Positions 28,328 to 39,140 are shown, counted from the first letter of the stretch. The stretch is DNA of 64,000 nt from Escherichia coli (GCF_041248615.1 NZ_CP158426.1); one strand, 5' to 3'. Notes: generated by a model from the sequence alone, not told the origin. Numbers and translations: made by a program.

Positions 28328-30754
28328 TTATATTTTTTCGATCTCGACCAGATTAGTGTGCTGCGGGTTTCCCTTCGCCAGTGGTGAAGGGCGCAGAGTG
28401 GTTAGCGTATTCACACAGCCGCCATGGTCGATTTTATCGCCAGACATATTGGCCTCGTGCCAGGCTCCCTGGCCCATAGCGCTAACCCCAGGGAGAATGC
28501 GTGGTGTCACTTTGGCTGGTAGCCGAACTTCGCCACGATGGTTATACACCCGCACCATATCGCCGTTGGCAATCCCACGTTTCTGTGCATCTATAGGGTT
28601 GATCCACACCTCCTGACGGCAGGCAGCCTTCAGGACATCAATGTTGCCGTAGGTCGAGTGAGTACGGGATTTGTAATGGAAACCAAACAGTTGCAGTGGG
28701 AAGGTTCTACGTTCAGGGGAGTCCCAGCCTTCAAAGGTTGAGGCATAAACTGGCAGTGGGCTTATCACTTCATCTTTTTCCAGTTCCCAGGTACGGGCAA
28801 TTTCCGCCAGCTTGCTGGAATAAATTTCAATCTTACCGGAAGGCGTTTTAAGTGGATTTGCCTCGGGGTCGTCACGAAATGCTTTGTAGGCGACAAAATG
28901 ACCATTGGGATCTTTACGCTTATAGATACCCATTTTTTTCAGTTCGTCGTAAGACGGTAACGCCGGATCTTTGGCAAGCATTTTGGCGTACAGATGTTGT
29001 AACCATTGTTCCTGCGTGCGACCTTCTGTGAACTTTTGATAGACGTCAGGTCCAAGACGTTTCGCGACCTCACTCAGGATCCAGTAAATCGGTTTGCGTT
29101 CGAATTTTTCGCTGGTGACTGGCTGAAGGAAAATGAGATATCCCATGTTACCGGCGTAGTCGTTAGGAATAATATCTTCCTGCTCAACGGTCATCAGGTC
29201 TGGCAGCAGAATGTCGGCATATTTTGCCGATGAGGTCATAAAGTTTTCGATGACCACAATCATTTCGCATTTCGATTCGTTCTGCAGAATTTCATGCGTT
29301 TTGTTGATGTCAGAATGCTGATTAACCAGGGTATTTCCCGCGTAGTTCCAGATGAACTTAATGGGCACATCCAGTTTATCTTTGCCCCGGACGCCGTCGC
29401 GGATTGCCGTCATTTGCGGGCCATGATCGATAGCATCCGTCCAGCTGAAGCAGGAGATTGACGTTTTGACCGGATTATCCAGCACCGGTAGGCGTTCTAT
29501 GGTAATGGTATAGGTCGATTCACGCGCGCCACTATTCCCGCCGCTGATGCCGACATTGCCCGTCAAAATAGGCAACATAGCAATAGCGCGTGCGGTCAGC
29601 TCACCGTTTGCCTGGGGTTGCGGCCCCCAGCCCTGGCAGATATAAGCGGGTTTTGCTGTGCCAATTTCACGCGCCAGCTTGATGATACGGTCCACCGGGA
29701 TACCGGTAATTTGCGAAGCCCACTGCGGCGTTTTCGCTGTTTTATCATCACCTTCACCAAGAATATAGGCTTTATAGTGACCATTTTTTGGTGCATCTGC
29801 GGGTAAGGTTTTTTCGTCATAGCCGACGCAGTATTTATCGAGAAAAGGTTGATCAACGAGATTTTCGTTAATCAATACCCAGGCAATACCCGCAACCAGC
29901 GCGGCATCGGTGCCCGGGCGAATAGGTAGCCATTCGTCTTCACGACCAGCAGCTGTATCGGTATATCGCGGATCGATAACAATCATTTTTGCGTTCGATT
30001 TCTCGCGCGCTTTTTCAAGAAGATAAGTGATGCCACCGCCGCTCATGCGGGTTTCTGCCGGGTTGTTACCAAACATCACGACCAGCTTGCTGTTTTCAAT
30101 ATCCGTGGTGCTGTTGCCATCATTACTGCCGTAGGTGTAGGGCATGGCACAGGAAATTTGCGCGGTGCTGTAGGAGCCATACTGGTTGAGTGAACCGCCG
30201 TAGCAGTTCATCAGGCGTTTGACCGCCGAGGCGGATGGCGAAGAGCGGGTCATATTGCCGCCAACGATCCCTGAAGAGTACTGAATATATACAGCCTCAT
30301 TGCCATATTGTTCGACGGTTTTTTTCAGGCTACTGGCGATAGTATCCAGGGCTTCATCCCAGCTAATCCGTTCGAATTTGCCTTCGCCGCGTTTGCCCAC
30401 GCGTTTCATTGGGTAATTCAAGCGATCGGGATGATTAATACGCCGACGGATGGAGCGACCGCGCAAACAGGCACGTACTTGATGATTGCCATACTCGTCG
30501 TTGCCGGTGTTGTCAGTTTCCACCCAGGTCACTTCATTATCTTTAACATGCAGACGAAGTGCACAGCGGCTACCACAGTTGACGGAACAGGCACCCCAGA
30601 CCACTTTCTCGCTGGCCTGCTGTACCGCTGCCGCTGCACTGCGCAGGGTGAACGGTAAAGAAAAACCGCCTGCAGCCAGCGCCAGAGAACCTATCGCGGT
30701 AGATTTAACGAGTGTTCTGCGGCTGATGCCCACCATTTGTTCATTTTTGGACAT
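28328..30754 (-). CDS. ynfE: DmsA-like molybdopterin oxidoreductase catalytic subunit (Tat signal), 808 aa; selenate reductase paralogue
   Basis: Track ORF 808 aa, paralogous to ynfF (about 75% nt identity at 3' ends by eye); twin-arginine motif SRRTLVKSTAIGS. Confidence 0.9.
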   Translation of the reverse strand: MSKNEQMVGISRRTLVKSTAIGSLALAAGGFSLPFTLRSAAAAVQQASEKVVWGACSVNCGSRCALRLHVKDNEVTWVETDNTGNDEYGNHQVRACLRGRSIRRRINHPDRLNYPMKRVGKRGEGKFERISWDEALDTIASSLKKTVEQYGNEAVYIQYSSGIVGGNMTRSSPSASAVKRLMNCYGGSLNQYGSYSTAQISCAMPYTYGSNDGNSTTDIENSKLVVMFGNNPAETRMSGGGITYLLEKAREKSNAKMIVIDPRYTDTAAGREDEWLPIRPGTDAALVAGIAWVLINENLVDQPFLDKYCVGYDEKTLPADAPKNGHYKAYILGEGDDKTAKTPQWASQITGIPVDRIIKLAREIGTAKPAYICQGWGPQPQANGELTARAIAMLPILTGNVGISGGNSGARESTYTITIERLPVLDNPVKTSISCFSWTDAIDHGPQMTAIRDGVRGKDKLDVPIKFIWNYAGNTLVNQHSDINKTHEILQNESKCEMIVVIENFMTSSAKYADILLPDLMTVEQEDIIPNDYAGNMGYLIFLQPVTSEKFERKPIYWILSEVAKRLGPDVYQKFTEGRTQEQWLQHLYAKMLAKDPALPSYDELKKMGIYKRKDPNGHFVAYKAFRDDPEANPLKTPSGKIEIYSSKLAEIARTWELEKDEVISPLPVYASTFEGWDSPERRTFPLQLFGFHYKSRTHSTYGNIDVLKAACRQEVWINPIDAQKRGIANGDMVRVYNHRGEVRLPAKVTPRILPGVSAMGQGAWHEANMSGDKIDHGGCVNTLTTLRPSPLAKGNPQHTNLVEIEKI

Positions 30755-30853
30755 AACTCACTCCCTGTTCTTTATCGTTATATAAAAGTTTATATATTGA
30801 ATATTTAGCGCGCTAACAATAGAGGGAGTCTACCTATTTTGGGTTAAGAATTA

Positions 30854-30867
30854 TTAATCCATATCAA
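30854..30867. promoter_or_regulatory. Candidate FNR half-palindrome site upstream of ynfE
   Basis: TTAAT-CCAT-ATCAA (consensus TTGAT-N4-ATCAA, 9/10) about 106 bp upstream of ynfE ATG. Confidence 0.35.
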
Positions 30868-30913
30868 TAGAAGGGTATGAGTAATAAGGTGGGATTATGT
30901 TGTATGTTCAAAT

Positions 30914-30936
30914 CGCCGGATGTGTCGTATCCGGCG
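30914..30936 (-). terminator. Hairpin downstream of ynfD (weak terminator candidate)
   Basis: CGCCGGA/TCCGGCG stem with 9-nt loop; only a modest U-tract on minus strand. Confidence 0.35.
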
Positions 30937-30952
30937 TGCAATCGATAATGTA

Positions 30953-31258
30953 TTACTGCGGTTCGGCAGGCGCGCCATCCTGGGTAGACTGCGCGGGAGC
31001 AGAGACGTTACCGCTGGTGGTGCGGGTGTAGAGAATTTTATGCGTATCATTAGCGCAATGCCCGACGACCTGGGAATCAGGCTGATCAACCTGGTCATTG
31101 GGTACAATACTTAACGTGAAGCTGCTTTCGGGAACGCCATTATTGATAATGCGCTGTGATATATCGCTCTGTATGCGCTCACAGGATCCCGGCGCGGCGA
31201 GTACCGCGGGTGAGGCGAGGGCGAGCAGAAGCGCGGCACAGCAGGTTGAGAGTTTCAT
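30953..31258 (-). CDS. ynfD: DUF1161 family secreted protein, 101 aa
   Basis: Track ORF 115 aa; start placed at MKLSTCCAALLLALASPAVLA signal peptide (complement ATG 31256-31258). Confidence 0.8.
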   Translation of the reverse strand: MKLSTCCAALLLALASPAVLAAPGSCERIQSDISQRIINNGVPESSFTLSIVPNDQVDQPDSQVVGHCANDTHKILYTRTTSGNVSAPAQSTQDGAPAEPQ

Positions 31259-31365
31259 CATAAGCTCCTTACGCGAAGATAACTTCTTTAAGCATAGCAT
31301 TTAACGTGTAAAGTACTGTATTTGCTACTATGATTGAGAATCATCTCTACTCTCTGGTGACTGTT

Positions 31366-32076
31366 GTGAAATACAAATTACTGCCATGCTTACTCGCGAT
31401 ATTCCTCACAGGATGTGACCGCACAGAGGTAACACTTTCATTTACCCCTGAGATGGCCAGTTTCTCTAATGAATTCGATTTTGATCCGCTGCGTGGTCCG
31501 GTAAAAGATTTCACTCAGACATTAATGGATGAGCAAGGTGAAGTGACGAAACGTGTTTCGGGGACTTTGTCGGAAGAAGGCTGTTTTGATTCACTCGAAT
31601 TACTGGATCTGGAAAATAATACCGTGGTCGCTCTGGTACTGGACGCCAATTATTACCGTGATGCCCAGACACTGGAGAAAAGAGTTCGTTTGCAGGGAAA
31701 ATGCCAGCTTGCTGAATTACCTTCTGCCGGGGTGAGCTGGGAAACCGATGATAATGGCTTTGTGATTAAAGCCAGCAGCAAACAGATGCAGATGGAATAT
31801 CGCTATGATGATCAGGGGTATCCGCTGGGTAAAACCACGAAAAGTAACGACAAAACATTATCTGTCAGCGCCACGCCATCAACGGATCCGATCAAAAAAT
31901 TAGATTACACAGCGGTTACTTTACTGAATAATCAACGGGTTGGTAATGTAAAACAGAGCTGCGAATATGACAGTCACGCCAATCCGGTGGACTGTCAGCT
32001 AATCATTGTTGATGAAGGAGTAAAACCCGCCGTCGAACGGGTTTACACCATCAAAAATACTATCGATTATTATTAA
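31366..32076 (+). CDS. ynfC: UPF0257 lipoprotein, 236 aa (GTG start; alternative ATG at 31330)
   Basis: Track ORF 248 aa; lipoprotein signal KYKLLPCLLAIFLTGC begins at GTG 31366. Confidence 0.78.
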   Translation: MKYKLLPCLLAIFLTGCDRTEVTLSFTPEMASFSNEFDFDPLRGPVKDFTQTLMDEQGEVTKRVSGTLSEEGCFDSLELLDLENNTVVALVLDANYYRDAQTLEKRVRLQGKCQLAELPSAGVSWETDDNGFVIKASSKQMQMEYRYDDQGYPLGKTTKSNDKTLSVSATPSTDPIKKLDYTAVTLLNNQRVGNVKQSCEYDSHANPVDCQLIIVDEGVKPAVERVYTIKNTIDYY

Positions 32077-32078
32077 TG

Positions 32079-32639
32079 CTATTGTGCGGTCGGCTTCAGT
32101 AGAGTCTGACCCGGTGTTTTGTGCTCTGCCAGATACTGATGCTGGAATATGCACATGCGAATGGCATTACGATATTGACCATTAATAAAGAACTCGTGCA
32201 TCAATTCACCTTCAACCGTAAAGCCAAGCTTGCGGTAAATGTGAATCGCTTTTTCATTCTCTTTATCAACGATCAGATACAGCTTATAGAGATTGAGAAC
32301 GGTGAAGCCATAGTCCATTGCTAATTTGGCGGCACGGGTTGCCAGACCTTTCCCTTGATACTCCGGGGAGATAATTATCTGAAATTCTGCGCGGCGATGA
32401 ACATGGTTAATTTCCACCAGCTCCACCAGACCGGCTTTTTCGCCGTCACATTCCACCACAAAGCGCCGTTCGCTCTGATCGTGAATATGCTTATCGTACA
32501 GATCAGAGAGTTCAACAAAGGCTTCGTAGGGTTCCTCAAACCAGTAACGCATCACACTGGCGTTATTGTCGAGTTGATGTACATAGCGTAAATCTTCACG
32601 CTCCAGCGGGCGTAGCTTAACACTGTGGGCGCTTGGCAT
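32079..32639 (-). CDS. speG: Spermidine N1-acetyltransferase, 186 aa
   Basis: Track ORF 186 aa [23 protein letters not shown]..., GNAT fold. Confidence 0.95.
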   Translation of the reverse strand: MPSAHSVKLRPLEREDLRYVHQLDNNASVMRYWFEEPYEAFVELSDLYDKHIHDQSERRFVVECDGEKAGLVELVEINHVHRRAEFQIIISPEYQGKGLATRAAKLAMDYGFTVLNLYKLYLIVDKENEKAIHIYRKLGFTVEGELMHEFFINGQYRNAIRMCIFQHQYLAEHKTPGQTLLKPTAQ

Positions 32640-32673
32640 AACGTGTCCTTACATTCCTTAAATCAATAACAGG

Positions 32674-33015
32674 TTAGGGGGTAATAACGCGGCCAGTTCG
32701 ACGGTCCAGGCAGCGCAAAGTATTTGGCTCCCAGTAGGCATTGATGTTGGCGCTTTGCTCACATTTATCGCGGTTATCAAAAGCGGCGTCGGCTTTATCC
32801 CACTCTTTTTCAGTGCGTTTATTCACTTTCTGGCGCAGATTGCGCGTGTCATTCCATTGCTCTTTTTCCATAGCGGCGTGCTGGCGGCTTTGTGCACTGT
32901 CGCCAGACTCAATCACCAGTTTGTTAGTTTCGGCATGAACAGTTGTGCTCAATGCCAGTGCGCAAGGCAGCAGAAAAGCGAGCAGGCCAATTCGTTTGCT
33001 GAGAGTAATTTTCAT
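32674..33015 (-). CDS. ynfB: UPF0482 secreted protein, 113 aa
   Basis: Track ORF 113 aa with signal peptide; synteny. Confidence 0.85.
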
Positions 33016-33149
33016 AATTCATTCCCTGTGTGAATGATTAAAGGTGATTCTACACCATCCAGTGCGAACGCAAAACGTACCAGGAGGATGTTTATATTGA
33101 TGATATTATGTCGTCCTATAACTATACATGAAGTCAATAAGTGACAAAG

Positions 33150-33476
33150 ATGATTAAAACAACGTTACTATTTTTTGCTACTGCGCTGTGTGAAATTATT
33201 GGATGCTTTCTGCCCTGGTTGTGGTTAAAACGAAACGCCAGTATCTGGCTGTTGCTTCCGGCGGGGATTTCTCTGGCACTGTTTGTCTGGTTGTTAACGT
33301 TGCATCCTGCGGCGAGTGGGCGTGTTTACGCGGCTTATGGTGGCGTTTATGTCTGCACGGCGTTGATTTGGCTGCGTGTTGTGGATGGCGTGAAACTGAG
33401 TCTTTATGACTGGACGGGGGCGTTGATTGCGCTTTGCGGCATGTTGATCATTGTTGCGGGCTGGGGGCGCGCGTAA
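33150..33476 (+). CDS. ynfA: UPF0060 small membrane protein, 108 aa
   Basis: Track ORF 111 aa; start placed at [19 protein letters not shown] (ATG 33150). Confidence 0.85.
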
Positions 33477-33520
33477 GGACATAAATCCATTTTATCAATA
33501 AGATACAAGTAAGTGTCAGC

Positions 33521-33552
33521 TGACAAAAGATATTCTATTTCATCTTTTGTCA
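33521..33552. promoter_or_regulatory. Perfect inverted repeat TGACAAAAGAT-N10-ATCTTTTGTCA upstream of rspA (candidate operator)
   Basis: 11-bp arms, 10-bp spacer, centred about 145 bp upstream of rspA ATG; overlaps shorter palindrome GTCAGCTGAC. Confidence 0.4.
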
Positions 33553-33681
33553 ACCATTCACGGCGCAAATATACGCCTTTTTTTGTGATCACTCCGGCTT
33601 TTTTTGATCTTTATACTTGTATGGTAGTAGCTCAGTTGCGTAGATTTCATGCATCACGACAAGCGATGCAAGGAATCGAAC

Positions 33682-34896
33682 ATGAAGATCGTAAAGGCTG
33701 AAGTTTTTGTTACCTGTCCGGGGCGTAATTTCGTCACATTAAAAATCACTACTGAGGACGGTATTACGGGCCTTGGGGATGCCACCCTCAATGGACGTGA
33801 GCTTTCCGTGGCCTCTTATTTGCAGGATCACCTTTGTCCGCAGCTTATTGGTCGCGATGCGCACCGTATCGAAGATATCTGGCAGTTTTTCTATAAAGGT
33901 GCTTACTGGCGTCGCGGTCCGGTTACGATGTCGGCCATTTCAGCGGTTGATATGGCGCTGTGGGATATTAAAGCCAAAGCTGCCAACATGCCGCTTTACC
34001 AGTTACTCGGCGGCGCGTCTCGTGAAGGGGTGATGGTTTATTGCCATACCACCGGTCACAGTATTGATGAAGCTCTGGATGATTATGCCCGTCATCAGGA
34101 GCTGGGATTCAAAGCCATCCGCGTGCAGTGCGGAATCCCTGGTATGAAAACCACCTACGGCATGTCGAAAGGCAAAGGTCTGGCTTATGAACCCGCAACC
34201 AAAGGACAGTGGCCGGAAGAGCAGCTGTGGTCGACGGAGAAATACCTCGATTTCATGCCGAAATTGTTTGACGCGGTACGTAACAAGTTTGGTTTTAATG
34301 AACATTTGCTGCATGACATGCACCATCGCTTAACGCCTATTGAAGCGGCGCGCTTTGGTAAAAGCATTGAAGATTATCGCATGTTCTGGATGGAAGACCC
34401 GACGCCTGCGGAAAACCAGGAATGCTTCCGTCTCATTCGCCAACATACCGTCACACCCATCGCGGTGGGTGAAGTCTTCAACAGCATCTGGGACTGCAAG
34501 CAACTGATTGAAGAGCAACTTATCGATTATATCCGCACTACGCTGACCCACGCGGGTGGCATTACCGGTATGCGCCGGATTGCCGATTTTGCTTCGCTGT
34601 ATCAGGTACGTACTGGCTCACACGGTCCTTCCGATTTGTCACCAGTCTGCATGGCTGCGGCGCTGCACTTTGATCTGTGGGTCCCCAATTTCGGTGTCCA
34701 GGAATACATGGGTTATTCCGAACAAATGCTCGAAGTCTTCCCGCACAACTGGACTTTCGATAACGGCTATATGCATCCGGGAGACAAACCGGGTCTTGGC
34801 ATCGAATTCGATGAAAAGCTGGCGGCGAAATATCCCTATGAACCTGCTTATCTGCCAGTCGCACGTCTGGAAGATGGCACGCTGTGGAACTGGTAA
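33682..34896 (+). CDS. rspA: Starvation-sensing protein RspA (enolase superfamily, mannonate dehydratase-like), 404 aa
   Basis: Track ORF 415 aa; start placed at [17 protein letters not shown] (ATG 33682) with AGGAA RBS. Confidence 0.92.
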
Positions 34897-34907
34897 GGAG
34901 TAAGATA

Positions 34908-35927
34908 ATGAAAAGCATTTTAATTGAAAAACCGAATCAACTGGCAATTATCGAACGCGAAATACCTACCCCGTCAGCGGGTGAAGTACGAGTAAAAGTG
35001 AAACTTGCCGGAATTTGTGGTTCAGATAGCCATATTTATCGTGGGCATAATCCTTTTGCGAAATATCCGCGCGTCATTGGACATGAATTTTTTGGCGTCA
35101 TTGATGCAGTGGGTGAAGGCGTGGAAAGCGCCAGAGTCGGTGAACGCGTTGCTGTCGATCCGGTGGTCAGCTGTGGGCATTGCTATCCGTGCTCTATAGG
35201 TAAGCCGAACGTTTGTACAACACTGGCTGTATTAGGTGTGCACGCTGACGGTGGTTTCAGTGAATATGCCGTGGTTCCGGCAAAAAATGCGTGGAAAATT
35301 CCTGAAGCAGTGGCCGATCAATATGCGGTGATGATCGAACCTTTTACCATTGCGGCGAACGTAACCGGTCATGGTCAACCGACTGAAAATGATACCGTTC
35401 TGGTTTACGGTGCCGGTCCAATCGGCCTGACGATCGTTCAGGTATTAAAAGGCGTCTATAACGTTAAAAATGTGATTGTTGCCGATCGCATTGATGAACG
35501 ACTGGAAAAAGCGAAAGAGAGCGGGGCTGACTGGGCGATTAATAACAGCCAGACACCGCTTGGCGAGATTTTCGCTGAAAAAGGCATAAAGCCGACATTA
35601 ATTATCGATGCGGCTTGTCATCCTTCTATCCTGAAAGAGGCCGTAACTCTGGCTTCTCCAGCGGCACGTATTGTATTGATGGGCTTCTCCAGTGAACCGT
35701 CTGAAGTGATTCAGCAAGGAATTACCGGAAAAGAACTCTCTATTTTCTCTTCACGCTTAAATGCAAATAAATTCCCGGTCGTTATCGACTGGTTAAGTAA
35801 AGGGTTAATTAAACCAGAAAAATTAATTACCCATACGTTTGATTTCCAGTATGTTGCTGATGCCATTAGTTTATTTGAACAGGATCAAAAACATTGCTGC
35901 AAAGTCTTACTCACTTTTTCTGAATAA
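34908..35927 (+). CDS. rspB: Starvation-sensing protein RspB (Zn-dependent alcohol dehydrogenase family), 339 aa
   Basis: Track ORF 347 aa; start placed at MKSILIEKPNQ (ATG 34908) with TAAGGAG RBS; GHEFFG and GCG motifs. Confidence 0.92.
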   Translation: MKSILIEKPNQLAIIEREIPTPSAGEVRVKVKLAGICGSDSHIYRGHNPFAKYPRVIGHEFFGVIDAVGEGVESARVGERVAVDPVVSCGHCYPCSIGKPNVCTTLAVLGVHADGGFSEYAVVPAKNAWKIPEAVADQYAVMIEPFTIAANVTGHGQPTENDTVLVYGAGPIGLTIVQVLKGVYNVKNVIVADRIDERLEKAKESGADWAINNSQTPLGEIFAEKGIKPTLIIDAACHPSILKEAVTLASPAARIVLMGFSSEPSEVIQQGITGKELSIFSSRLNANKFPVVIDWLSKGLIKPEKLITHTFDFQYVADAISLFEQDQKHCCKVLLTFSE

Positions 35928-35984
35928 TACCAATAACGGCGAGTAAGTAGTACGCATCTTACCTCTTTTTTAGAGATAACCATT

Positions 35985-37352
35985 ATGACAATAGAAAAAC
36001 ACGAAAGAAGCACTAAGGATTTGGTGAAAGCAGCAGTATCGGGATGGCTGGGCACAGCGCTTGAATTTATGGATTTCCAGTTATATTCGCTCGGCGCAGC
36101 GTTAGTGTTTCATGAAATATTTTTTCCTGAATCATCAACGGCAATGGCGTTAATTCTGGCAATGGGAACCTACGGTGCAGGTTATGTGGCGCGTATTGTC
36201 GGAGCATTTATTTTCGGCAAAATGGGCGACAGAATCGGGCGTAAAAAAGTACTCTTTATTACCATCACCATGATGGGGATCTGTACCACCTTAATTGGTG
36301 TGTTACCGACCTATGCACAGATTGGTGTTTTTGCACCCATCTTGCTGGTGACGCTGCGTATTATTCAGGGATTGGGTGCAGGTGCGGAAATTTCCGGTGC
36401 CGGTACGATGCTGGCGGAATATGCGCCAAAAGGTAAGCGCGGAATTATCTCCTCATTTGTGGCTATGGGGACTAACTGCGGAACCTTGAGCGCAACGGCA
36501 ATCTGGGCCTTTATGTTCTTCATTCTCAGTAAAGAGGAACTGCTTGCGTGGGGATGGCGTATACCGTTCCTGGCGAGCGTTGTCGTGATGGTCTTTGCTA
36601 TCTGGTTGCGTATGAATCTGAAAGAAAGCCCGGTCTTTGAGAAGGTTAACGACAGCAACCAACCGACAGCAAAACCTGCACCTGCTGGTAGCATGTTCCA
36701 GAGCAAATCCTTCTGGCTGGCAACAGGGCTGCGTTTTGGTCAGGCTGGTAACTCCGGTTTAATTCAGACTTTCCTTGCAGGCTATTTAGTGCAGACGTTA
36801 TTGTTTAACAAAGCAATTCCAACAGATGCATTGATGATTAGTTCGATTCTCGGCTTTATGACCATTCCGTTCCTTGGTTGGTTATCCGATAAAATTGGTC
36901 GCCGGATCCCGTATATTATTATGAATACCTCCGCGATTGTGCTGGCATGGCCAATGCTTTCTATCATCGTAGATAAAAGCTATGCCTCGAGCACCATTAT
37001 GGTTGCACTGATTGTGATTCATAACTGTGCGGTGCTGGGATTATTTGCTCTGGAAAACATTACCATGGCAGAAATGTTCGGCTGTAAAAACCGCTTTACC
37101 CGGATGGCTATTTCTAAAGAAATTGGTGGTCTTATCGCTTCCGGTTTTGGTCCTATCCTGGCGGGTATTTTCTGCACCATGACGGAATCCTGGTATCCGA
37201 TCGCCATTATGATCATGGCATATTCAGTGATTGGTTTAATCTCTGCGCTGAAAATGCCAGAAGTGAAAGACCGTGATTTAAGTGCACTGGAAGATGCCGC
37301 GGAAGATCAACCGCGTGTTGTAACAGCTGCGCAACCTTCAAGAAGTCTGTAA
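35985..37352 (+). CDS. ydfJ: MFS (metabolite:H+ symporter-like) transporter, 455 aa, intact
   Basis: Track ORF 455 aa; lies directly after rspB, whereas in K-12 (from memory) this gene is disrupted by the Qin prophage. Confidence 0.82.
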   Translation: MTIEKHERSTKDLVKAAVSGWLGTALEFMDFQLYSLGAALVFHEIFFPESSTAMALILAMGTYGAGYVARIVGAFIFGKMGDRIGRKKVLFITITMMGICTTLIGVLPTYAQIGVFAPILLVTLRIIQGLGAGAEISGAGTMLAEYAPKGKRGIISSFVAMGTNCGTLSATAIWAFMFFILSKEELLAWGWRIPFLASVVVMVFAIWLRMNLKESPVFEKVNDSNQPTAKPAPAGSMFQSKSFWLATGLRFGQAGNSGLIQTFLAGYLVQTLLFNKAIPTDALMISSILGFMTIPFLGWLSDKIGRRIPYIIMNTSAIVLAWPMLSIIVDKSYASSTIMVALIVIHNCAVLGLFALENITMAEMFGCKNRFTRMAISKEIGGLIASGFGPILAGIFCTMTESWYPIAIMIMAYSVIGLISALKMPEVKDRDLSALEDAAEDQPRVVTAAQPSRSL

Positions 37353-37357
37353 ATCCT

Positions 37358-37392
37358 CCATCCCTTCTCTTACCGGAGAGGGGATTTTTTAT
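37358..37392 (+). terminator. Rho-independent terminator of ydfJ
   Basis: Stem ATCCCTTCTC/GAGAGGGGAT (one mismatch) followed by T7 run. Confidence 0.6.
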
Positions 37393-37441
37393 TCATATAA
37401 CAAAACATGCAGCTTGCCATATTTAAATTTAAGGAATTGTT

Positions 37442-38902
37442 ATGGGAAATAATTTGTTATCAGCAAAAGCGACACTCCCTGTTTATGATCGTAATAACCT
37501 GGCCCCAAGAATTGTTCATTTAGGCTTTGGTGCATTTCACCGTGCGCATCAGGGCGTGTATGCCGATATTCTTGCTACAAAACATTTCAGTGATTGGGGA
37601 TATTATGAGGTCAATTTAATCGGCGGCGAACAGCAAATTGCCGATTTACAACAGCAAGATAATCTTTATACCGTTGCGGAAATGTCGGCCGATGCGTGGA
37701 CGGCTCGCGTCGTTGGCGTCGTTAAAAAAGCCTTGCACGTACAGATTGATGGCTTAGAAACCGTGTTGGCTGCGATGTGTGAACCGCAAATCGCGATTGT
37801 CTCTCTGACAATCACCGAAAAAGGGTATTTCCACTCTCCGGCGACCGGACAGTTAATGCTCGATCACCCGATGGTCGTTGCCGACGTACAAAATCCCCAC
37901 CAGCCGAAAACTGCAACAGGGGTGATTGTCGAGGCGCTGGCTCGCCGTAAAGCGGCAGGACTTCCCGCATTTACCGTCATGTCATGTGACAACATGCCAG
38001 AAAACGGTCATGTTATGCGTGACGTTGTCACTTCCTACGCGCAAGCTGTTGATGTAAAACTGGCACAATGGATCGAAGAAAACGTGACTTTCCCATCAAC
38101 AATGGTGGACCGTATTGTGCCCGCAGTGACGGAGGATACGCTGGCGAAAATCGAACAACTTACCGGTGTGCGCGATCCTGCTGGCGTTGCCTGTGAACCT
38201 TTCCGCCAGTGGGTAATAGAAGATAACTTTGTTGCCGGACGTCCGGAATGGGAAAAAGCGGGAGCCGAACTGGTTAGTGATGTGCTGCCTTATGAAGAGA
38301 TGAAGTTGCGCATGCTCAACGGCAGTCATTCATTCCTGGCGTATCTGGGGTATCTTGCCGGATATCAGCACATTAATGACTGCATGGAAGATGAACATTA
38401 TCGTCATGCAGCGTATGCCTTGATGTTGCAGGAACAAGCGCCGACGTTGAAAGTGCAGGGTGTTGATTTGCAAGATTACGCTAACCGATTAATTGAACGC
38501 TATAGCAACCCGGCGCTACGTCATCGAACCTGGCAGATTGCGATGGATGGCAGCCAGAAATTGCCACAGCGGATGTTGGATTCTGTTCGCTGGCATCTGG
38601 CGCATGACAGCAAGTTCGATCTGCTGGCGCTGGGCGTCGCAGGTTGGATGCGTTATGTGGGTGGTGTTGATGAACAGGGAAATCCGATAGAAATCAGTGA
38701 CCCACTGTTACCTGTTATTCAGAAGGCTGTACAAAGTAGTGCCGAAGGGAAAGCGCGCGTCCAGTCATTGCTGGCGATTAAGGCGATCTTTGGTGATGAT
38801 TTGCCAGACAATAGCTTGTTTACTGCAAAAGTGACGGAAGCGTACTTGTCTTTATTAGCGCATGGTGCGAAAGCGACCGTGGCGAAATATTCCGTGAAGT
38901 AA
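37442..38902 (+). CDS. ydfI: Mannitol dehydrogenase-family oxidoreductase, 486 aa
   Basis: Track ORF 486 aa with long-chain mannitol/fructuronate dehydrogenase N-terminal Rossmann motif. Confidence 0.88.
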   Translation: MGNNLLSAKATLPVYDRNNLAPRIVHLGFGAFHRAHQGVYADILATKHFSDWGYYEVNLIGGEQQIADLQQQDNLYTVAEMSADAWTARVVGVVKKALHVQIDGLETVLAAMCEPQIAIVSLTITEKGYFHSPATGQLMLDHPMVVADVQNPHQPKTATGVIVEALARRKAAGLPAFTVMSCDNMPENGHVMRDVVTSYAQAVDVKLAQWIEENVTFPSTMVDRIVPAVTEDTLAKIEQLTGVRDPAGVACEPFRQWVIEDNFVAGRPEWEKAGAELVSDVLPYEEMKLRMLNGSHSFLAYLGYLAGYQHINDCMEDEHYRHAAYALMLQEQAPTLKVQGVDLQDYANRLIERYSNPALRHRTWQIAMDGSQKLPQRMLDSVRWHLAHDSKFDLLALGVAGWMRYVGGVDEQGNPIEISDPLLPVIQKAVQSSAEGKARVQSLLAIKAIFGDDLPDNSLFTAKVTEAYLSLLAHGAKATVAKYSVK

Positions 38903-38929
38903 AAAAGCAATGCCGCCATCGGCGGCATT
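38901..38929 (-). terminator. Rho-independent terminator of ydfZ
   Basis: Stem AATGCCGCC/GGCGGCATT with ATC loop; on minus strand followed by U6 (complement of AAAAAA 38901-38906). Confidence 0.7.
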
Positions 38930-38936
38930 CACACGC

Positions 38937-39140
38937 TTAGTTCATGCCGAGACGAATCAGGTCCAGAGGTGCCAGTTTCTCTTCACAACCTTCAACAACT
39001 ACGGTTTTTCCGCGGCGGATTTGCTCAGCGGTCAGACCTTCAGTATCAATCGACAGGATCTTGCCAGTGTGACCGGTGCCGCTAACCATAACACGGCTGC
39101 CAGTGGTGATTGCGTTACGGTTACGATCGTAGGTCGTCAT
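38937..39140 (-). CDS. ydfZ: Small protein YdfZ, 67 aa
   Basis: Track ORF 67 aa [29 protein letters not shown]... Confidence 0.85.

Noticed and set aside
34556-34918. 115-aa plus-strand and 118-aa minus-strand ORFs inside the 3' part of rspA
   Set aside because: Both lie within the rspA coding region in alternative frames, with no independent start signals or family resemblance.
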